Source: an uncultured Pseudomonadota bacterium
Lineage (GTDB): Bacteria; UBA10199; JADFYH01
Direction of reading: 5' to 3'
DNA: 64,000 nucleotides
NCBI GenBank assembly: GCA_964384365.1
Contig: CAYLKF010000002.1
Location: 98,840 to 162,839, forward strand
The position numbers and the translations under genes are program-made. Below are positions 18,679-29,071 of this stretch, one piece after another. How positions within the stretch are numbered: position 1 is the first letter of the stretch; every line of letters starts with the position of its first letter. The notes below the pieces were generated by a model. That model did no database searches. It was given only the letters and a program-made list of their open reading frames with translations, and had not been told where the DNA came from.

Positions 18679-18762
18679 CGTTTCTGAAGCTGAGCAAAAA
18701 AGCACCGAACTCTCGATCTTAAAATCAGTAACTTTAAATTTGTCTCCCAATATTTCCTTACG

Positions 18763-19458
18763 GTGCGTTTTTTTTTGCGAACATCAGAAATGCTAAGCCA
18801 TTCTGATTCTTTTCATATGCTTTCTGCTTCTCGAAAAGATTTTCAGTGGCAGCGAAAACTTTTCCATCTCTTCAATGGAACTCTAGGTTTTTGTTTGTAT
18901 GTGTATTCGGGGCTCTCGCATACCGTTGTTCTTTCGATTTTAGGTTTTTGTGCGCTGGTGTGCTTGATCTTAGATGTAATTCGTTTTTGCTCGCCCGTTT
19001 TTAATGCTTGGCTGAGCCAAAAAACAGCGGGTGTGATTCGGCAAGAAGAATCCAATCGCCTTACATCGATGACGAAGGGCTTGAGCCTGGCCTTTTTCGT
19101 TTTAGTTCTTTTCCCCGAAAAAGTAGGAATTTTAATTATGCTTTACATGACCTATGCCGATGCGGCGGCTGGAATTGTGGGAAGTCTGTGGGGGCGGCAT
19201 CGCTTGAATCGTCATGCCAGTGTTGAAGGAAGCTCAGCGTTTTTCATTATCGCTTTTTTAAGTTCTCTTTTTGCCTTCTTTTTTATCTTTCACTTTCCAC
19301 TCCATTCTGCTGTTTTTGTTTTTGCGGTCATTGCATCTTTACTCATGACAGTGATTGAAGGACTATTCCCTAATCTTGATGATAATGTGACGATTCCTCT
19401 ATTTGGAGCATCCGTTCTTTACCTTCTCTTTAAGTTTTTTCCTTTAAACCTTGGTTGA
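18763..19458 (+). CDS. Polytopic membrane protein (CdsA/dolichol-kinase-like cytidylyltransferase family?)
   Basis: Multiple TM helices; YADAAAGIVGSLWGRHRL loop. The annotated GTG start lies in a T-run; the true start is probably the ATG near 18790. Confidence 0.4.
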   Translation: MRFFLRTSEMLSHSDSFHMLSASRKDFQWQRKLFHLFNGTLGFCLYVYSGLSHTVVLSILGFCALVCLILDVIRFCSPVFNAWLSQKTAGVIRQEESNRLTSMTKGLSLAFFVLVLFPEKVGILIMLYMTYADAAAGIVGSLWGRHRLNRHASVEGSSAFFIIAFLSSLFAFFFIFHFPLHSAVFVFAVIASLLMTVIEGLFPNLDDNVTIPLFGASVLYLLFKFFPLNLG

Positions 19459-19529
19459 CAGCCCCCCTTTAATCTCGCTAAAAGCCTGGAACCTTATGAC
19501 TGAATCCGGCTACCCCGTATGCGGGGCGG

Positions 19530-21203
19530 ATGAAGAAATGGTTAAAAACGGAGTTGAAAATCATGAATACCACTCAAGCGCTTGAAGCAGCGAAAAAGCT
19601 TCTCAATCATGTTGGAAAACACTTGGCTCAAAAAGCCTCCGATGGAAAAGATATTTCTACCGCGAAGCTCGATACCTTTCAAAATGTAGCCTACGATTTG
19701 GCCTGGATCGCTTCTGAAGTATATGCAGCCGGCGAATTGATCGCGTATGCCGAAAAAAATTCAGGAGAAGTTGAAAAAGCTTTGGCTGAAATTTTTACGG
19801 CAGAAATGGTGAGCAATTTTTCCAATAAAGTGAGCTATCGCTTTCACGATTTTGGGGTTGATCAAAACATTCTTCACGAAACAATCTGGAAACCCGAAGT
19901 GACCAAAGATATTGAAACCGCCCTCAGTTCACAAAACTATTCTCGCGTGGCAAAACTGGTGCACGATCAAGGCGCTGGCACCTATGGTTTGGATGAAAAC
20001 CATTCGATGTTTCGCGAAAGCTTCAAAAAATTTGCCGAAGATGTGGTGATGCCCTTGGCTGAAAAGGTGCATCGTCACGATGATTTAATTCCGGCTCAAA
20101 TTATGGATGGCTTAAAAGAAATGGGCTGTTTCGGGCTCTCGATTCCCCAAAAGTTTGGGGGCTTTCAAGATGATGCCAAGCCCGATAATACTGGAATGTG
20201 CGTGGTCACCGAAGAGCTTTCTCGCGGAGGCTTAGGAATTGCGGGCTCACTCATTACTCGCCCCGAAATTTTATCGAAGGCGATTTTAAAAGGAGGAACC
20301 GAAGAACAAAAAGCAAAGTGGCTTCCGTTACTCGCCACGGGTGAAAAAATGGCTGCGGTTGCCGTTACCGAACCCGATTTTGGTTCAGACGTTGCCGGTA
20401 TGAAAGTGACTGCCAAGCCGCAAGAGCACAATGGCAAAAAAGGTTATGTAATTAATGGCGTGAAGACTTGGTGCACCTTTGCGGGTTATGCCGATACCTT
20501 GATGGTATTGTGCCGAACAAATCCGGATATGAGTTTGAAACACAAAGGGATGTCGATTCTCATCGCTGAAAAACCAAGTTTCGATGGCCATGAATTTAAA
20601 TACGATCAACCTGAAGGTGGGCACATCGAAGGAAAAGCGATTGCCACCATTGGTTACCGGGGCATGCATTCGTATGAAGTTGCCTTTGAAAATTATTGGG
20701 TGCCTGAAGAAAATCTGGTGGGTGGAGAAGCCGGGCTTGGAAAAGGTTTCTATCTTCAGATGGAAGGGTTCGCCGGTGGACGTTTGCAAACTGCCGCTCG
20801 CGCGATTGGTGTGATGCAAGCGGCACTTGAAGCCGCCGTTCGTTATTCGAATGAGCGAAAAGTTTTTGCTAAACCCATTTTCGAATATGGCATGACTCAA
20901 TATAAAATTGCCCGCATGGCGGCCCTTATTCAAGCGTGCCGTCAAGCCACTTACCATGCCTGCCAACTCATGGATGAACATAAAGGCGCCATGGAAGCCT
21001 CTCTGGTGAAATTCTACGCCTCCAAAGTGAGCGAATGGGTAACCCGAGAAGCGCTTCAAATTCATGGGGGCTACGGTTATGCCGAAGAGTATGCGGTGAG
21101 CCGCTATTTTGTGGATGCCCGCGTGTTTTCGATTTTTGAAGGGGCGGAGGAAGTTTTAGCCCTTCGCGTGATTGCGCCCGCCTTGTTGAAGCAGTATCTT
21201 TAA
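19530..21203 (+). CDS. Acyl-CoA dehydrogenase (long N-terminal extension form)
   Basis: ACAD middle and C-terminal domains (GSDVAGMKVTA, YRFFVDARVFSIFEGAEEV). The likely true start is ATG at 19563 behind ggagttgaaaatc. Confidence 0.85.
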   Translation: MKKWLKTELKIMNTTQALEAAKKLLNHVGKHLAQKASDGKDISTAKLDTFQNVAYDLAWIASEVYAAGELIAYAEKNSGEVEKALAEIFTAEMVSNFSNKVSYRFHDFGVDQNILHETIWKPEVTKDIETALSSQNYSRVAKLVHDQGAGTYGLDENHSMFRESFKKFAEDVVMPLAEKVHRHDDLIPAQIMDGLKEMGCFGLSIPQKFGGFQDDAKPDNTGMCVVTEELSRGGLGIAGSLITRPEILSKAILKGGTEEQKAKWLPLLATGEKMAAVAVTEPDFGSDVAGMKVTAKPQEHNGKKGYVINGVKTWCTFAGYADTLMVLCRTNPDMSLKHKGMSILIAEKPSFDGHEFKYDQPEGGHIEGKAIATIGYRGMHSYEVAFENYWVPEENLVGGEAGLGKGFYLQMEGFAGGRLQTAARAIGVMQAALEAAVRYSNERKVFAKPIFEYGMTQYKIARMAALIQACRQATYHACQLMDEHKGAMEASLVKFYASKVSEWVTREALQIHGGYGYAEEYAVSRYFVDARVFSIFEGAEEVLALRVIAPALLKQYL

Positions 21204-21230
21204 AGTATAGTAGCCCAAGATCAGTAGTGA

Positions 21231-22412
21231 TTGATTCAGAAAGGCTTAAATATGTCTCCAAAAATTCCTTACCCTAAATTCATTGAAAAAGCGCCTGGAA
21301 TGGCCGCCAATTTAAATCAGGTGAAAAAACTTGAATACGGCCGCGTTTTAGAAGATCTCGACGAAGGTGAAGTGTTTTGTCATCCTCGCGGAATCACCAT
21401 TACCAAGGCCTTTGCCATCGATTTCGCGACCACTTTCATGGAAACAAATCCGCTTTACTTAAATGAAGTCTACGCGAAAGCCCATGGTTTTAAAGATCTC
21501 GTTGTTTCCCCGCTCATGGTCATGAATATTGCGCTCTCCCTCGGAGTTCAAAACGATTCCGAAAAGGCTGTGGCCAATTTGGGTTATTATAATGTGTGTT
21601 TTGTGAAGCCGACTTATCCAGGAGACACCCTTCGCGCGATGACCAAAGTTTTAAAGCGCGAGATGAAAGAGGGGGGTAAACCGGGCATTGCCACGATTCG
21701 CACCATTGCTCTCAATCAAAATGAGGAGCTTGTGCTTCAATACGATCGAAAAATCATGGTGGCGCCAGCGGGTAAGAAAACAGAGGCGTCCACAATTGCG
21801 AATCAGCCTTTCCCGGAAATGGCAGAACTCAGCATGGAGTTGCCGAATTTCCCCAAATCGTTTCCTAAAAATTTAACCGGTGTTCGTACCTATTTTGAAG
21901 ATTTCAAAGTGGGCGATATTTTAGTGCATGCCAACGGCCGCACCATTACCGATGAGCACTATGCCTGGACTTATAAAGTAATGAATACGCATCCGCTTCA
22001 TTACGATCGTTTGTATTCCACTGCCCGGACGGGTGCCATGAGTGGTGAGCCCATTGTGTATGGAGGGCTTGTTTTTGCTTGGTTGGCTGGTCTCGCGAGT
22101 AGAGATACAACGGAGAATGCGCTAATCGATTTCGGTTACACCGAAGGTTATCACACTCAACCTGCCGTGAGTGGCGATACCGTGGGCGCGATTTCTCGGG
22201 TACTCTCCGTAGAAGAAGGCCCTGACGGAATCCCTGCCGGCATCGTCACCTTTCAACTCATTGGCGTGAAAAATATCCGTGCTGCTCAAGCGCTTGAAAA
22301 GTTTGGCGCAGATTTGTTCATTAAAGAAAATGATAAAAAGAAATTGGGTAAAGAAAAAATTCCCGAGAAAATTTTTGAGATTGAACGAAGAATCCTGATT
22401 AAAAAGAGATAA
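21231..22412 (+). CDS. Tandem-hotdog MaoC-like (R)-specific enoyl-CoA hydratase/dehydratase
   Basis: Two MaoC/hotdog halves in one 393-aa protein; adjacent to the ACAD. Confidence 0.7.
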   Translation: MIQKGLNMSPKIPYPKFIEKAPGMAANLNQVKKLEYGRVLEDLDEGEVFCHPRGITITKAFAIDFATTFMETNPLYLNEVYAKAHGFKDLVVSPLMVMNIALSLGVQNDSEKAVANLGYYNVCFVKPTYPGDTLRAMTKVLKREMKEGGKPGIATIRTIALNQNEELVLQYDRKIMVAPAGKKTEASTIANQPFPEMAELSMELPNFPKSFPKNLTGVRTYFEDFKVGDILVHANGRTITDEHYAWTYKVMNTHPLHYDRLYSTARTGAMSGEPIVYGGLVFAWLAGLASRDTTENALIDFGYTEGYHTQPAVSGDTVGAISRVLSVEEGPDGIPAGIVTFQLIGVKNIRAAQALEKFGADLFIKENDKKKLGKEKIPEKIFEIERRILIKKR

Positions 22413-22415
22413 TCT

Positions 22416-22829
22416 TTAACTAATCTCTTTTGAACTTATCATAAAAGAACCCGAACCATTCGCGATCAATCGCGAATCTTTGGAATACACTTCCATTTGG
22501 CAAACGATCAGGCGTTTTTCTAAGCGTACGAGATGCCCAATTGCTTTTAGATCTTGAGTGAGTGCCCCTTCTAAGATTCGAATATTGAGATCGGAGGTGA
22601 CCACCCATTTCCCCGCGTGGGCGGCGGCGGTAAACCAACCGGCATTATCTAGCAAGGTGGCGATGATTCCTCCGTGCACATCCCCCATCCCATGATTGAA
22701 TTTCTCTTGATAAGGCATATCGAAAATGGCCTCTGTTTTTTCGTTATAAGAGAGGATCATGCCCGTTGAAGCTTGGATGGGCGCCCGATTAAAGAGGGCA
22801 ACTAATTTTTTGCAAGTTTCTTGACTCAT
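22416..22829 (-). CDS. PaaI/YbgC-type hotdog thioesterase
   Basis: HGGIIATLLDNAGWF active-site region of the PaaI family. Confidence 0.75.
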   Translation of the reverse strand: MSQETCKKLVALFNRAPIQASTGMILSYNEKTEAIFDMPYQEKFNHGMGDVHGGIIATLLDNAGWFTAAAHAGKWVVTSDLNIRILEGALTQDLKAIGHLVRLEKRLIVCQMEVYSKDSRLIANGSGSFMISSKEIS

Positions 22830-22835
22830 AATTGT

Positions 22836-23228
22836 TTAATGAAAATATCCGGATCGATATAAGTAAATCACTCCTACTAAGAGGAAGATTCCTATTATCA
22901 ATACTCCGAGTGTGAAGAGTAAGCTACTACTGGATTCAGAAGGGGTAACAAGGGGTAGCGGAGCGTGTTGAGGGGGATTTGGGGTGGTTTGAGGCCGATT
23001 AGTCTCGGAACTGGGCTGCTTACCCTGAATGCGTTGAGCAATTTCTCGAAGTTGTTCGATTTTTTCCGGATTTAGTTTTCCCAGTTTGCCTTCAAAAATA
23101 TCCGGCAGGCCATCTCCATTTTTATCTCCTAATACTTGATTCATTTCTTGATAAAGCTCGCGTAATTCCACAGGGACTTCTTCTAATGAAGTGTATTCTT
23201 TGCCGAGAATGATGATTTTTGGGCTCAT
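22836..23228 (-). CDS. Tail-anchored small membrane protein with EF-hand-like Ca-binding loop
   Basis: DKNGDGLPD (DxNxDGxxD) loop; Pro-rich linker; C-terminal TM LLFTLGVLIIGIFLLVGVIYLY. Confidence 0.45.
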   Translation of the reverse strand: MSPKIIILGKEYTSLEEVPVELRELYQEMNQVLGDKNGDGLPDIFEGKLGKLNPEKIEQLREIAQRIQGKQPSSETNRPQTTPNPPQHAPLPLVTPSESSSSLLFTLGVLIIGIFLLVGVIYLYRSGYFH

Positions 23229-23276
23229 TCTTTTTTTCTAATAAAAATACGGATTAAACGCAACCTTTTCGGCCCC

Positions 23277-24617
23277 TTGCCGATAGTGCAAGGCATGTGG
23301 TCTATTGGTTTATTAGCTTATCAACCGCGGGTTATATCCAGTGGTGCCGTTACATTGACTGAGGTCGATGCGGCTGCTCCTGCAGATTCTTTTTTTGTTC
23401 GAGAAGACCTCGTGTCTTCTTTTGAGCCGTTGGGCGATTCACTTTTTAGAACTTCTCAAGTTTTTAATCCTGCATATCAAAGAAGAATCGGAGATTATTC
23501 TGTTCGAATTTATCCTGTTCAAAATGACTTTCAATGGAATTCTCTACGCGTTTTTTTTGATCCTCATTATTCCCCTGAAAAAGAAGGAATTTTTTGTAGA
23601 CTACCCCGAGAGCGATTTGACTTCGGAGCGGCGAATCGCAATGGAGCTCCGAGCGCCCCTGCCGAAGATTGTGGCACTCTAAAATTGTTTCAGCAATTTG
23701 GGTGGTTTGAGTCGAGCCAGCCGGTTTCTCCGGGAGTAAGTCGTGTCTTTCTTACTTATCGCCCTGATTCTCGAGGCCGCTGTCAGGACGCTGATTTTCG
23801 TTATCCGGTAGTGGTTATTTTTCACGGCACCGATGGTGATTCGGGCAGTGTGAGGCACGATTTATTTGACCAGCATGAAATTGACAGAGTGTTTCAGGGG
23901 CGGGTGATCGTTTTTATTCTGCAGGCAAGAGATCTTATGAGCCCTGAAGATTGGGAACATTATGGCACCCAGAGTCGTGCTTTTTGGAATACAACCGATG
24001 ATCATTCTAACCGGGATATGCTTTTCGTAAGGGCTTTAGTGCGCAGTGCCATTCAGCAATATCAAGCAGACCCGGGTCGAATTTTTTTTATGGGTCATTC
24101 GAATGGGGCCTTTGCCGCCTTAAGTTATGGAATGGCATTGGGAGTGCGGGGGATTGCAATGAGCGCGGGTGGATGGGTAGAACATCCTCCCAAACGTTTT
24201 TTTACTTCCCTCTCGGTGAATTGTGATGAAATTTTGAGAGAGGGGGAAGGTAGAATGCAAGAGCCCTTCAATAATTGGGATCGCTACGACATAAGAAGAG
24301 AAGAAAATTTTCCTTATTTTGCTGTAAATGATCTCAATGCTCTTTTCCCGGCACCTCGCCCAATTGGTGATTTCTCGGCTAGTTGCCCGCCTGCACTTTA
24401 TTCAGTTTCCGATCATGAAGATCCAAAAATTTCTGTGTATTACACTTGCGCTTTAGATCGTCGGGCTCGTCAGCTCGGTTATAGAGAGGTGATAACCCAG
24501 ATCACGAGTGGGGTTGACCCTCGCCATCCCGAAGATGGGCATCATTATCTCAGCCCTAATTTTACACCGGGGGCTTGGGAATTCTTTAGACCTTTGCCCG
24601 CCCGTGTTTGCGAATAA
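23277..24617 (+). CDS. Alpha/beta-hydrolase (esterase/PHB-depolymerase-like), GHSNG nucleophile elbow
   Basis: IFFMGHSNGAF serine-hydrolase motif. The annotated start is TTG; an ATG lies 18 nt downstream. Confidence 0.55.
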   Translation: MPIVQGMWSIGLLAYQPRVISSGAVTLTEVDAAAPADSFFVREDLVSSFEPLGDSLFRTSQVFNPAYQRRIGDYSVRIYPVQNDFQWNSLRVFFDPHYSPEKEGIFCRLPRERFDFGAANRNGAPSAPAEDCGTLKLFQQFGWFESSQPVSPGVSRVFLTYRPDSRGRCQDADFRYPVVVIFHGTDGDSGSVRHDLFDQHEIDRVFQGRVIVFILQARDLMSPEDWEHYGTQSRAFWNTTDDHSNRDMLFVRALVRSAIQQYQADPGRIFFMGHSNGAFAALSYGMALGVRGIAMSAGGWVEHPPKRFFTSLSVNCDEILREGEGRMQEPFNNWDRYDIRREENFPYFAVNDLNALFPAPRPIGDFSASCPPALYSVSDHEDPKISVYYTCALDRRARQLGYREVITQITSGVDPRHPEDGHHYLSPNFTPGAWEFFRPLPARVCE

Positions 24618-24774
24618 CCCTGCGACTTAAAAAAACTTAAACAATCCTTAACTTTTCTTTTCAATTTTTTCAGCCTTTTCAAAAATAATCCGCTCGAATT
24701 AATAAAGATTGGCCTTCGGCTTGAATCCCCGTTAAAATTTCGGATCGACCTTTTTTCAACAGGACAAACTTAAA

Positions 24775-26991
24775 ATGTTTCGACATCGCTCTACCTTTCG
24801 ATTGGGAATTTTTTCTTTCATCTATTTTTTCCTTTCTTTAAGTCTCAATCTGGTTTTTTTCGCGACTGATGCCTTGCTCATTACTCAAGCGGGCCCTTCT
24901 TTCCTTTTTTATGTCTACTTTGGTGGCAGCCTTTTTTCGCTCGTCTTAAGTTTTATCTTTTATTTCTTTAAGCAAGACGGAAGTAGTTCGAAAAAAATCG
25001 ATTCTTACTTTTTATCACTCAGCATTTGGCTCTTTGGCGGATGGTTTCTCCTTACCTTGCCCAATATTAATTCGCATTTTTATGTGATTTTTAATGGATT
25101 TTTTTACGGGATTTATTTGCTTGCGAATTTGAGATTTTGGATTTCGGCGAGTGAATGCTTCAGTAGTTTTGAAGCGCAACGCAAATACCCTATTTTACTG
25201 ATTGCGGGTTTATTGGGAGATATCGCTGCGGGTGCCTTTGCCAGTTTATTTGCCAATTACTTTCAGCCCAGCACCTTCGTGCTTTTTTGTGCTGTGGTTC
25301 TTCTCATTATTCCTTTTTTGATTGCCGGGGTACCCAAACAAGATACGGTGCTTCCTCCAGACAAACTCAAAACCGAGACTACTTCATTTAATTTCTTAAA
25401 GAGCCGAAAAACTTTATTGGTTTTAGGTTTTACGCTCTCTTTATTTTGGTGTTTCTACTCTTTCTCTTCTTATAGTGTTGATTACTTGTTTAACGTTGAA
25501 ATTTTGAAACACTTTGCCACCCAAGATAAAATTATTTCTTATTTGGGCAAACTTTCTTTTTGGGCGAGTTTAGGAATTTTAGGATATCAGATCTTTTTGC
25601 TTAGCCCAATAGGTAGACGTTTTGCCTCTGAAAAAACAATCTATTTAATTTCATTTCTCTTATTCGGATTTTTTAGTTGGATTTATTTTAGCCCGTCTCT
25701 CATGACTTTAACGCTCACTCAAGCTTTGCTGCATTACTTTGTGGAGTATGGAACCGCCAACTTCATGCAACCGGTCTTGAATGCGATTCCCCCGGCACGT
25801 AAAAAAGCATTTAAACTTTTCACCGAAGCGATTGCCCAGCCTATCGGCACCGTCATTCTCCTTTTACTAGCACTTTTTTATGGTTTGAATATTCCACTTG
25901 AAGTTCTCACTTTGATTTTATTTTTGAGCTCCTTGATTTTATTGGTTTATCCTTTTTGGTTTCAGCGCGTTTATCGGCAGTATTTGATTGAGTGTCTTCA
26001 CTCGGATGACACCTTGCTGGTGGTGAATGCGATTCAGGCCTTAGGGGGTACTCACAATGTTCAAGCTGTGCCTGCTTTACTCGAGTTACTTCATCATACA
26101 AAAGAGATTCATCTCCAAAAAAGTTTGGTTTTGAGTTTGGGGCAAATTCAAAGCCGAGAGGCCTTTCGCGAAATTCTCTCTTTATTTTCAACGCGTCAAG
26201 AATCGTTGCAGCTGGCCGTCGTGGAATCCCTTGGAAATTATCAAAATTACGAAAGCATGTTTGCGTTACTGCGACTTTTAAAATCAAAAGAGAGTGTGAG
26301 TTTGCAGGTGCGGATGAATGCCACTCAGATTTTAACACGTTTGATTGGTAACAAGATGATTCCCTTTTTGATGGAAGCCTTAGATGAAAATCAAGATTTG
26401 CGTATACGTGCCAATGCCGTTGAATCGATTGGCTTGCTCCACGATGTGAAAACTATTCCGATTTTGGTGGCTTATTTGAAAAACCCAAATCATCGTTTAA
26501 AAGCGAATGCCTTGATTGCGCTATATCCGTTTCGATCTACGCGAAGAAAGGCACTGCAAGCGCTTCGAGAACTTTCTGCATCGTCTGAAAAAAATGCGCA
26601 GTTAGCAGCGTTGTATGCGGCTGCTTATTTAAAGTTAAAATCTTACCGAAAAATGATGCTGGGTTTTTTACATTCGCCTGATGCGTCATTTCGCTTAATG
26701 GCTTGCTTAGGTTTAGCGCGCCTTCAAGACAAACGCTTTTGCGATGTATATATGCAACTTCTTTTGGGCAAAGAAGAAAAACAGGCCTTGGAGTGTGTGC
26801 GGCGCATGGCCGATTTCCCTCGAACGAGCCGGTACTTAATTTTTGAACATTTTTTAGCGCTGGATGATTTGCAAAAACACCTCTTTAAGAAACGCCTCGA
26901 TCAAAGTCCACTCGACTTTTCAAATGAATGGTGGATGACCCGCAATAAGACTCGCCTTTGGGGTTTGGGAAAAGAGGCTTGGATAGGCTAG
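24775..26991 (+). CDS. Polytopic membrane transporter-like domain fused to C-terminal HEAT/PBS-lyase repeat domain
   Basis: About 400-aa N-terminal region with about 10-12 TM helices, then repeated ALGxxxxxxAVPxLxxLL HEAT-like units (ALGGTHNVQAVPALLELL, IGLLHDVKTIPILVAYL, ANALIALYPF). Confidence 0.6.
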   Translation: MFRHRSTFRLGIFSFIYFFLSLSLNLVFFATDALLITQAGPSFLFYVYFGGSLFSLVLSFIFYFFKQDGSSSKKIDSYFLSLSIWLFGGWFLLTLPNINSHFYVIFNGFFYGIYLLANLRFWISASECFSSFEAQRKYPILLIAGLLGDIAAGAFASLFANYFQPSTFVLFCAVVLLIIPFLIAGVPKQDTVLPPDKLKTETTSFNFLKSRKTLLVLGFTLSLFWCFYSFSSYSVDYLFNVEILKHFATQDKIISYLGKLSFWASLGILGYQIFLLSPIGRRFASEKTIYLISFLLFGFFSWIYFSPSLMTLTLTQALLHYFVEYGTANFMQPVLNAIPPARKKAFKLFTEAIAQPIGTVILLLLALFYGLNIPLEVLTLILFLSSLILLVYPFWFQRVYRQYLIECLHSDDTLLVVNAIQALGGTHNVQAVPALLELLHHTKEIHLQKSLVLSLGQIQSREAFREILSLFSTRQESLQLAVVESLGNYQNYESMFALLRLLKSKESVSLQVRMNATQILTRLIGNKMIPFLMEALDENQDLRIRANAVESIGLLHDVKTIPILVAYLKNPNHRLKANALIALYPFRSTRRKALQALRELSASSEKNAQLAALYAAAYLKLKSYRKMMLGFLHSPDASFRLMACLGLARLQDKRFCDVYMQLLLGKEEKQALECVRRMADFPRTSRYLIFEHFLALDDLQKHLFKKRLDQSPLDFSNEWWMTRNKTRLWGLGKEAWIG

Positions 26992-27052
26992 CGTTTTTAC
27001 TACCCATTATTCCGCTCTTGACCCACTGCGTAAAAATTTCTAGAACACGATC

Positions 27053-29008
27053 ATGCAAACTAAACGTGATGATCCTTGGCTGATGCGTACCTACTCCGGG
27101 CATAGCTCCGCGAAAGCCTCGAACGAACTCTACAAAACCAACCTTTCGAAAGGCCAAACGGGTTTATCGGTTGCCTTCGATTTACCCACCCAAACGGGCT
27201 ATGATTCCGATCATATTTTGGCCCGTGGAGAAGTGGGCAAAGTGGGAGTTCCGATTTCGAATATTGGCGATATGAAGATGCTTTTCCAAGATATTCCTTT
27301 GGAGAAGATGAATACCTCCATGACGATTAATGCCACGGCTGCTTGGTTGCTAGCGCTTTATATCGCCACGGCTGAAGACCAGGGCGCCAATACCAAGCTT
27401 CTTCAAGGCACGACTCAGAATGACATCATCAAAGAATATCTTTCACGCGGCACTTACGTGTTTCCGCCTGAACATTCGCTGCGTTTGATTGTCGACATGA
27501 TTTCGTATACGGTGAATGAAGTCCCGAAATGGAATCCCATCAATATTTGTAGCTACCATCTTCAAGAAGCAGGTGCCACGCCGGTTCAAGAAATTGCCTA
27601 CTCGATTTGCAATGCCATGGCCGTGCTCGATGCGGTAAAGGCCTCCGGAAAAGTTCCGGCCGATGTTTTTCCTAAAGTGGTGGGGCGTATTTCCTTTTTC
27701 GTGAATGCGGGGATTCGTTTTGTTGAAGAAATGTGCAAGATGCGCGCTTTTGTGAAGCTTTGGGATGAGCTCACGCGTACGCGCTATGGGGTAGAAGATC
27801 CGAAATATCGAATTTTCCGCTATGGAGTCCAAGTCAATTCTTTGGGCTTAACCGAACGCCAGCCCGAGAATAATATTGCCCGAATTATTTATGAAATGTT
27901 GGCGGTGACTTTATCGAAAGATGCGCGCGCGCGGGCGATTCAGCTTCCGGCCTGGAACGAAGCTTTAGGTTTGCCTCGTCCCTGGGATCAACAACTCTCA
28001 CTGCGCATGCAGCAAATTTTAGCCTATGAAACCGATCTTTTAGAATGCGGAGATATTTTTAATGGCTCCACGGTGATTGAAGCGAAGGTGAATGAGCTGA
28101 TAGAAGGTGCCAAAAAAGAGATTGAAAAAGTGCAACAAGCAGGGGGTGCCATTAAGGCGATTGAGATGATGAAGCAGGCCTTGGTGACTTCGCATGCCGA
28201 ACGGGTTCGCCGCATTGAAGCGGGAAATTTAAAAGTGATTGGTGTGAATTGTTTTCAAGAAGCAGCCCCTTCTCCCTTGATGGCTGGAGAAGACGAAGGC
28301 ATTTTAAAAGTCGATGCGCGCGCTGAAAAAGATCAGATCGAAAGTCTTAAAAAATTTAAGGCCTCGCGAAATGAAGAAACCGTGAAAAAAGCTTTAGAGG
28401 CTTTGAAAAAAGCGGCAAAAGGAAATGAGAATATCATGCCTCCTTCGATTGCCTGTGCCCATGCCGGGGTGACCACCGGTGAATGGGGCACGGCCCTTCG
28501 TGAAGTGTTTGGAGAATTTCGTGCACCCACCGGCGTTTCGGGCGTGAAGCTGGCCAGCACCACCGAAGCGATTGAGAAAGTGCGAGAAAAAGTAAAAGAG
28601 TTTGAAAAAAAGACGGGCGAAAAACTGCGTATTCTCGTCGGTAAACCCGGTTTAGATGGGCATAGTAATGGGGCCGAACAAATTGCTGTGCGGGCTCGCG
28701 ATGTAGGTATGGAAGTCATTTATCAAGGGATTCGCTTAACGCCTGAGCAAATTGCAGAGTCGGCCTTGCAAGAGGGGGTGCACTTGGTGGGGCTTTCGAT
28801 TCTTTCAGGGTCGCATCTAGAATTGATTCCCGAAGTGTTACGGCTTTTAAAAGAAAAAGGGCTTTCGAATGTGCCTGTGGTTGTGGGTGGGATTATCCCT
28901 GATTCCGATGCCAAAATGCTTGTCCAGCAAGGTGTTGCACGGGTTTACACGCCTAAGGATTTTGAGCTCAATCGTATCATGAGTGAAATGGTAGATTTAG
29001 CAGGCTAG
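27053..29008 (+). CDS. Fused B12-dependent acyl-CoA mutase (methylmalonyl/ethylmalonyl-CoA mutase family), catalytic TIM-barrel plus C-terminal cobalamin-binding domain
   Basis: [18 protein letters not shown] substrate-barrel signature; C-terminal DxHxxG B12-binding motif LDGHSNGAE. 651 aa single-chain size matches Ecm-like enzymes. Confidence 0.8.
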   Translation: MQTKRDDPWLMRTYSGHSSAKASNELYKTNLSKGQTGLSVAFDLPTQTGYDSDHILARGEVGKVGVPISNIGDMKMLFQDIPLEKMNTSMTINATAAWLLALYIATAEDQGANTKLLQGTTQNDIIKEYLSRGTYVFPPEHSLRLIVDMISYTVNEVPKWNPINICSYHLQEAGATPVQEIAYSICNAMAVLDAVKASGKVPADVFPKVVGRISFFVNAGIRFVEEMCKMRAFVKLWDELTRTRYGVEDPKYRIFRYGVQVNSLGLTERQPENNIARIIYEMLAVTLSKDARARAIQLPAWNEALGLPRPWDQQLSLRMQQILAYETDLLECGDIFNGSTVIEAKVNELIEGAKKEIEKVQQAGGAIKAIEMMKQALVTSHAERVRRIEAGNLKVIGVNCFQEAAPSPLMAGEDEGILKVDARAEKDQIESLKKFKASRNEETVKKALEALKKAAKGNENIMPPSIACAHAGVTTGEWGTALREVFGEFRAPTGVSGVKLASTTEAIEKVREKVKEFEKKTGEKLRILVGKPGLDGHSNGAEQIAVRARDVGMEVIYQGIRLTPEQIAESALQEGVHLVGLSILSGSHLELIPEVLRLLKEKGLSNVPVVVGGIIPDSDAKMLVQQGVARVYTPKDFELNRIMSEMVDLAG

Positions 29009-29071
29009 GTGATGGGGTTTTATAGAATGAAAGAGTTTTCTATAGAATCGTGCGAAATCGAGATTTCATTT

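Noticed and set aside
18679-18790. GTG start in a T-run for the membrane protein at 18763 and a possible terminator (gcaccg...cggtgc + T9) after the DUF2177 gene
   Set aside because: Stem arms are separated by about 60 nt, so a canonical intrinsic terminator is unlikely. The T-run is better explained as part of the intergenic region, with the true start at the ATG near 18790.
20385-21065. 226-aa minus-strand ORF opposite the acyl-CoA dehydrogenase gene
   Set aside because: Its length is an artefact of the stop-poor antisense frame of a GC-balanced coding region. The sense-strand ACAD has unambiguous conserved domains, and the antisense product is low-complexity.
25907-26338. 143-aa antisense ORF inside the transporter-HEAT gene
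   Set aside because: Same reasoning; no start context and Lys/Ser-rich low-complexity product.
29009-29071. Possible bidirectional terminator between the convergent mutase and lysR genes (tatagaa...ttctata)
   Set aside because: Stem is only 7 bp, AT-rich, with a 10-nt loop and no clear U-tract on either strand; too weak to call.
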